A stretch of 40,000 nucleotides of DNA from Erwinia phage vB_EamM_MadMel. Numbering within the stretch: the first letter of the stretch is position 1; each line of letters begins with the position of its first letter. The position numbers were made by a program, and so were the translations under genes. This document shows, in pieces, positions 36,592-40,000 of this stretch. A model generated the notes under the pieces. That model was not told the DNA's origin, made no database searches, and worked only from the letters and a program-made list of their open reading frames with translations. Where the stretch lies: the sequence record MG655269.1. One strand, written 5' to 3'.

Positions 36592-36619
36592 CGGCATAAG
36601 GAGAGGCTACGGCCTCTCC
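36592..36619 (-). terminator. Minus-strand hairpin GGAGAGGC-CGTA-GCCTCTCC + TTATGCCG
   Basis: Perfect 8-bp stem and exact motif (reads CGGCATAA on +). Confidence 0.8.
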
Positions 36620-36629
36620 TCTTTCAGAG

Positions 36630-36965
36630 TCATTTTTTATTTGAGTTGTAGAGATCTCTAATAGATGACAGAAGTGAACTGTTTTCATCTATTAGAAGAA
36701 TGTCCGTTGTAATGACATCCCATTTAAAGGGATTCATGATGTTGTTGATTCGCATAGTTAACCAATGCATGTGATAAGGAACGCCGTATTCCAGTAGTAG
36801 CATGCGAAAGTCACCACGTTCTTCGTACTGTTCAAGAGGGGTAGGGGGAGTAAACTTAGTTGCATTCGCCCGAAGCAAATCGAGATGATGCACCAGGACC
36901 TGACGAAAGCCGTGATCTTGAAACAGCTTATCGGTCGGGTGTTTGATTTCGTTGCTGACTCGCAT
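36630..36965 (-). CDS. Hypothetical protein (111 aa)
   Basis: Intact minus-strand ORF ending at its own terminator. Confidence 0.7.
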   Translation of the reverse strand: MRVSNEIKHPTDKLFQDHGFRQVLVHHLDLLRANATKFTPPTPLEQYEERGDFRMLLLEYGVPYHMHWLTMRINNIMNPFKWDVITTDILLIDENSSLLSSIRDLYNSNKK

Positions 36966-36990
36966 ATGCGTAAATACCTATACTTGTTTA

Positions 36991-37005
36991 AGCCTATATT
37001 ATCTC
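36991..37005 (+). promoter_or_regulatory. Promoter-like element AGCCTATATTATCTC
   Basis: Matches CCTAYATTAY, about 35 nt upstream of the RNAP beta-C start. Confidence 0.45.
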
Positions 37006-37035
37006 TTGGCAGTTAGGTTGATAAAAGGAATCATA

Positions 37036-39147
37036 ATGAGTCATATTACCGAGGCAAGTGAACTCTCTGCAGAGTTGTTAGGCAGTGTGTTGTGTTTGAA
37101 CCCAACCGTACATGGCGATAGCAGCCCACGTTCTGCTATGTTCGGAGGTCATGCAGGACAGGCCGTGACAATCGAGGGTAGCACGCCACGTATGTTAAAA
37201 ACCGGGATCGAGTATGAGTACGGTCAACGGACCTTCAAGATTGAAGCGCCGTGTCAGATGCTCGTGATCGGTGTGATTAACCGTTTCGTCACCAACCACG
37301 TTGGTACTGGGGGTGTGAAAGAGAACCCTGAGAAATATGTGATCTATCAGAACTTAAGTGTAAATACGCCTACACCGACGTTCGGCATTCTGTGTATTCC
37401 GACCTATCACACACGTAACCACGCATTAGGGTTTAAGTATGTGATGGACAAGAAAGCAATTAACCGTTTGTACAGTGTTGATGGTAAGGCGTATATCGAA
37501 AAGGGTGTGATCTTTGCCCGTTCCCCTAACTTGACCGAAGGTGGCGATTATAAGTACGGTCGTGAAACCAACGTAGCATTTATGTCATTACCGGAAGTCG
37601 AACAGGACGGAATGGTGGTAACAGAAAGCTTCGCACAAGCCATGGCCTGCACCAAGATCGAAAGCCGTATCGCACAGTGGGGCGATGATCAGGTGTTGTT
37701 GAACCTGTATGGCGACGATGAGAACTACAAAGCGTTTCCGGATATCGGCGATAAGATTCGTGAAGATGGGATGTTGTTTGCGGTACGTAAGATCATGCCA
37801 GGTACTGGCATTGTCAATCTGACCCCAAAAGCCCTTCGTACTTACGATCCGAACTTCGACTATCCGCAGTATGCTGAAGCCGGTGCCACGGTGGTGAACG
37901 TCCAGGTGAACTCGGACCGCATGCGTACAGGACGTACCGATGTGCAGTTCTATGATAAACAAGCTGAACGGTATGAACGTGCAGCGCGTGAGTTCTCCAA
38001 GTCTCTGCGTAAGATCTACGACGACCTCTATCGTACGTATGGTCATGGCATGATTCTGGAACCTGAACTCAACCGGATGGTGACGGATGCCATCTCGGAT
38101 ACCGGCGGTATGGATCGCAAGATGAATAATCAAGGACAGATTATCAGCGTGGACAAAGGCACACAGGTCTATAACAAAGTCCCGATTGGTGACTGGCGTG
38201 TGAAGATCACCTTTGTTAAACGGATTGAAGCCGGCGTGCGCTTTAAGATCACCGATACCCATGGCGGTAAAGGTGTTATCGTAAACGTGATTCCTGACGC
38301 CGATGCGCCGACCGATGATTACGGTAACCGGGCGGATGTGATCATGGATGATGTGTCGATTACCAAACGTATGAACCTGGGCAAGCCAACCGAGCAGTAT
38401 ATCAACGGTGCATCAGTATATGCAGCGAAGATTGCGCGCCAGATGGCAGCCAGCGGGGATCTGGATGGTGCCTGGAATCACCTCATGAGTTATTACCATG
38501 CAGCTGCGTATGAGCAATGGGAAATGATGCAATCACCAACGTACCTGGATAACAAACCGAATCGCGATCATCATGTGCGTTGGGTGTGCGATCATGGTAT
38601 TGAGTTGTTTGCACCAACTGACCGTCGCTACTTCGGGGCCGAGCAGGTACGGCGTATCATGAAGGAGCATGACTTCCCGGTTACACCCGTGACGTATCGT
38701 GCACCCGATGGGCGTATGGTCCGTACGCGTGATCCGGTGGTGATTGCACCGATCTATATCATCCTGCTGGAAAAGATGGGCGAATACTGGGCGTCGTGTG
38801 CGATTCCAAAACTCACACACTTCGGTACACTCTCATCCTTAACACAGGCGGATAAGTTTGCGTTGCCGTGGCGTAACACCCCAACCCGTTTCGGTGAGTC
38901 TGAGTTGCGTCTGTTCTTAGCAGCGTGTCGTGGCTATTATGCGAACCGCCTGCAAAGCATGGCGAACACTCCGGCGATGCAGAAGGAAGCTGCATTGATG
39001 TTCTTGCGTCACGATACACCAATGAACATCCCGAACGTGATTGATGAAACGAAGACACCACTGGGGCGTGCACGTCCACTGCAGATGTATAAGCACAACC
39101 AGGGCTGTCGTGGTATTGAATTTGAAACAACCGTGTTAAATAAATAA
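37036..39147 (+). CDS. RNA polymerase beta subunit, C-terminal part (phiKZ gp71-73-like)
   Basis: NVAFMSLPEVEQDGMVVTESFA and FKITDTHGGKGVIVNVIPDADAPTDDYGNRADVIMDDVSITKRMNLG correspond to RpoB catalytic regions. Start moved to ATG 37036 (RBS aaagga). Confidence 0.93.
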   Translation: MSHITEASELSAELLGSVLCLNPTVHGDSSPRSAMFGGHAGQAVTIEGSTPRMLKTGIEYEYGQRTFKIEAPCQMLVIGVINRFVTNHVGTGGVKENPEKYVIYQNLSVNTPTPTFGILCIPTYHTRNHALGFKYVMDKKAINRLYSVDGKAYIEKGVIFARSPNLTEGGDYKYGRETNVAFMSLPEVEQDGMVVTESFAQAMACTKIESRIAQWGDDQVLLNLYGDDENYKAFPDIGDKIREDGMLFAVRKIMPGTGIVNLTPKALRTYDPNFDYPQYAEAGATVVNVQVNSDRMRTGRTDVQFYDKQAERYERAAREFSKSLRKIYDDLYRTYGHGMILEPELNRMVTDAISDTGGMDRKMNNQGQIISVDKGTQVYNKVPIGDWRVKITFVKRIEAGVRFKITDTHGGKGVIVNVIPDADAPTDDYGNRADVIMDDVSITKRMNLGKPTEQYINGASVYAAKIARQMAASGDLDGAWNHLMSYYHAAAYEQWEMMQSPTYLDNKPNRDHHVRWVCDHGIELFAPTDRRYFGAEQVRRIMKEHDFPVTPVTYRAPDGRMVRTRDPVVIAPIYIILLEKMGEYWASCAIPKLTHFGTLSSLTQADKFALPWRNTPTRFGESELRLFLAACRGYYANRLQSMANTPAMQKEAALMFLRHDTPMNIPNVIDETKTPLGRARPLQMYKHNQGCRGIEFETTVLNK

Positions 39148-39157
39148 GGGGTGTGTG

Positions 39158-40000
39158 ATGCAAAGCTATCATTGGCGTGATCTGTTGTCGATGTCTGAGG
39201 AGCAGATTTGGCAACTTGATCCTGCAATCAACAACCCAATCATTGAAGTGGTGGCAGAGGATGCCACCTTCAAGATTCCTGCCCGGCAGGTTATCGGTAG
39301 CTGGTATTGCTGGCCGTTTCAAAAGCTCTATCGCAACATGGTGTTGTGTAAGCGTCATTTCATCACAGCGTTTCGTCTGTCGAACAAAACCATCCTGGGG
39401 ATCATGACCAACGGTTATCGTGATTATGATGCGATGATGAACGGCACTATCTTAGATGTCGTGGCATTAAACAGCTTGATTGCGAAAACGGCGAACCGCA
39501 TTAACAATGCGTTTGTTACCAAGATCCCGGAGTATGTCACGACCTCGGGCATGAAGCAGTATATTGAAATCGTGGATGACCCTGAGTTTAAAGCGATTCG
39601 TGATGCAATGGAACCTAACCAGAACTCGATTCGTGATGGTTATGATGCGTCACTCAAACTGCTGATGGACCCGAAGAAGTATGTCGGTAATCAGGTGGCG
39701 GAGTATGTGAAGCAAGGATCAGCATCAGCAGGCCAGGCATTACAATGTCTGGTGGTGCGTGGTTATCTGACTGACCATAACTCGCGTATCTTTGTTAAGC
39801 CGGTCATGGGTAACTATGTCGAAGGGCTGGGTAAGTTCTACGACTCGTTCGTGGAATCACGCTCAGCAACCAAAGCGGCGTTGTTTACCAAGAAACCCCT
39901 GGAAGACTCCGAATGGTTTAACCGTAAAATGCAGCTGGTTGCACAAGCGGTGCAGAAGATCCATCTGGGGGAGGATTGTGGGTCGACGATAACAGTGCCT
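39158..40000 (+). CDS. RNA polymerase beta' subunit, C-terminal part, truncated by window end (phiKZ gp74-like)
   Basis: FVESRSATKAALFTKKPLEDSEWFNRKMQLVAQAVQKIHLGEDCGST corresponds to the RpoC THGARKGLADTALKTA...EDCGT region. Confidence 0.88.
   Translation, partial: MQSYHWRDLLSMSEEQIWQLDPAINNPIIEVVAEDATFKIPARQVIGSWYCWPFQKLYRNMVLCKRHFITAFRLSNKTILGIMTNGYRDYDAMMNGTILDVVALNSLIAKTANRINNAFVTKIPEYVTTSGMKQYIEIVDDPEFKAIRDAMEPNQNSIRDGYDASLKLLMDPKKYVGNQVAEYVKQGSASAGQALQCLVVRGYLTDHNSRIFVKPVMGNYVEGLGKFYDSFVESRSATKAALFTKKPLEDSEWFNRKMQLVAQAVQKIHLGEDCGSTITVP

Noticed and set aside
35441-36688. 415-aa minus-strand ORF
   Set aside because: Antisense to the Met/Gln/Pro repeats of the 35033-36577 CDS; Leu/His/Arg-rich low complexity with no RBS, a by-product of repeat codon phasing.
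36943-37035. N-terminal extension of the RNAP beta-C ORF (start at 36943)
   Set aside because: The extension overlaps the promoter-like element; ATG 37036 has an aaagga RBS.
37588-39358. Minus-strand ORFs 37588-38262 and 38813-39358
   Set aside because: Opposite the clearly homologous RNAP beta-C and beta'-C coding sequence.
1-40000. CRISPR array or anti-phage defence island
   Set aside because: No regularly spaced repeats and no recognisable defence proteins seen; genome context is phage core.

Overview
This window is a block of early/core genes from a nucleus-forming, phiKZ-like jumbo phage. The evidence is motif content plus gene order; a host in the Enterobacterales is only a guess. Genes I can recognise: a PhuZ-like tubulin/FtsZ homologue (5090-6064); a divergent family-B DNA polymerase fragment with motifs B and C (11202-13313); a probable chimallin/nuclear-shell protein with a Gln-rich N-terminus (14707-16842), directly upstream of the RNA polymerase beta'-N subunit with the catalytic NADFDGD motif (16948-18435); an HNH homing endonuclease (23016-23828); an SbcD/Mre11-like phosphoesterase (28161-29267); an SSB-like protein with Gly-rich linker and DFADDLPF tip (30142-30912); a possible fifth non-virion RNAP subunit (31921-33465); RNAP beta-C (37036-39147); and RNAP beta'-C, truncated by the window edge (39158-40000). 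The most unusual part is the roughly 1.9 kb between 54 and 1966. It has no credible gene but is full of perfect or near-perfect stem-loops. Inside it are (i) tRNA 3'-half and 5'-half sequences in circularly permuted order that complete all tRNA arms (150-215), and (ii) a hammerhead-ribozyme-like core (CUGAUGA...CGAAA...GUC|GG) with three flanking helices, whose stem III encloses a further structured domain (1311-1459). I propose a large, structured, possibly self-cleaving phage ncRNA with a tRNA-like domain. Other observations: three tandem paralogous genes of which two keep a zincin HExxH motif (18487-20425), a recurrent promoter-like element CCTAYATTAY, and a recurrent hairpin + TTATGCCG 3'-end signature. 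All calls come from reading the sequence; no database search was run.
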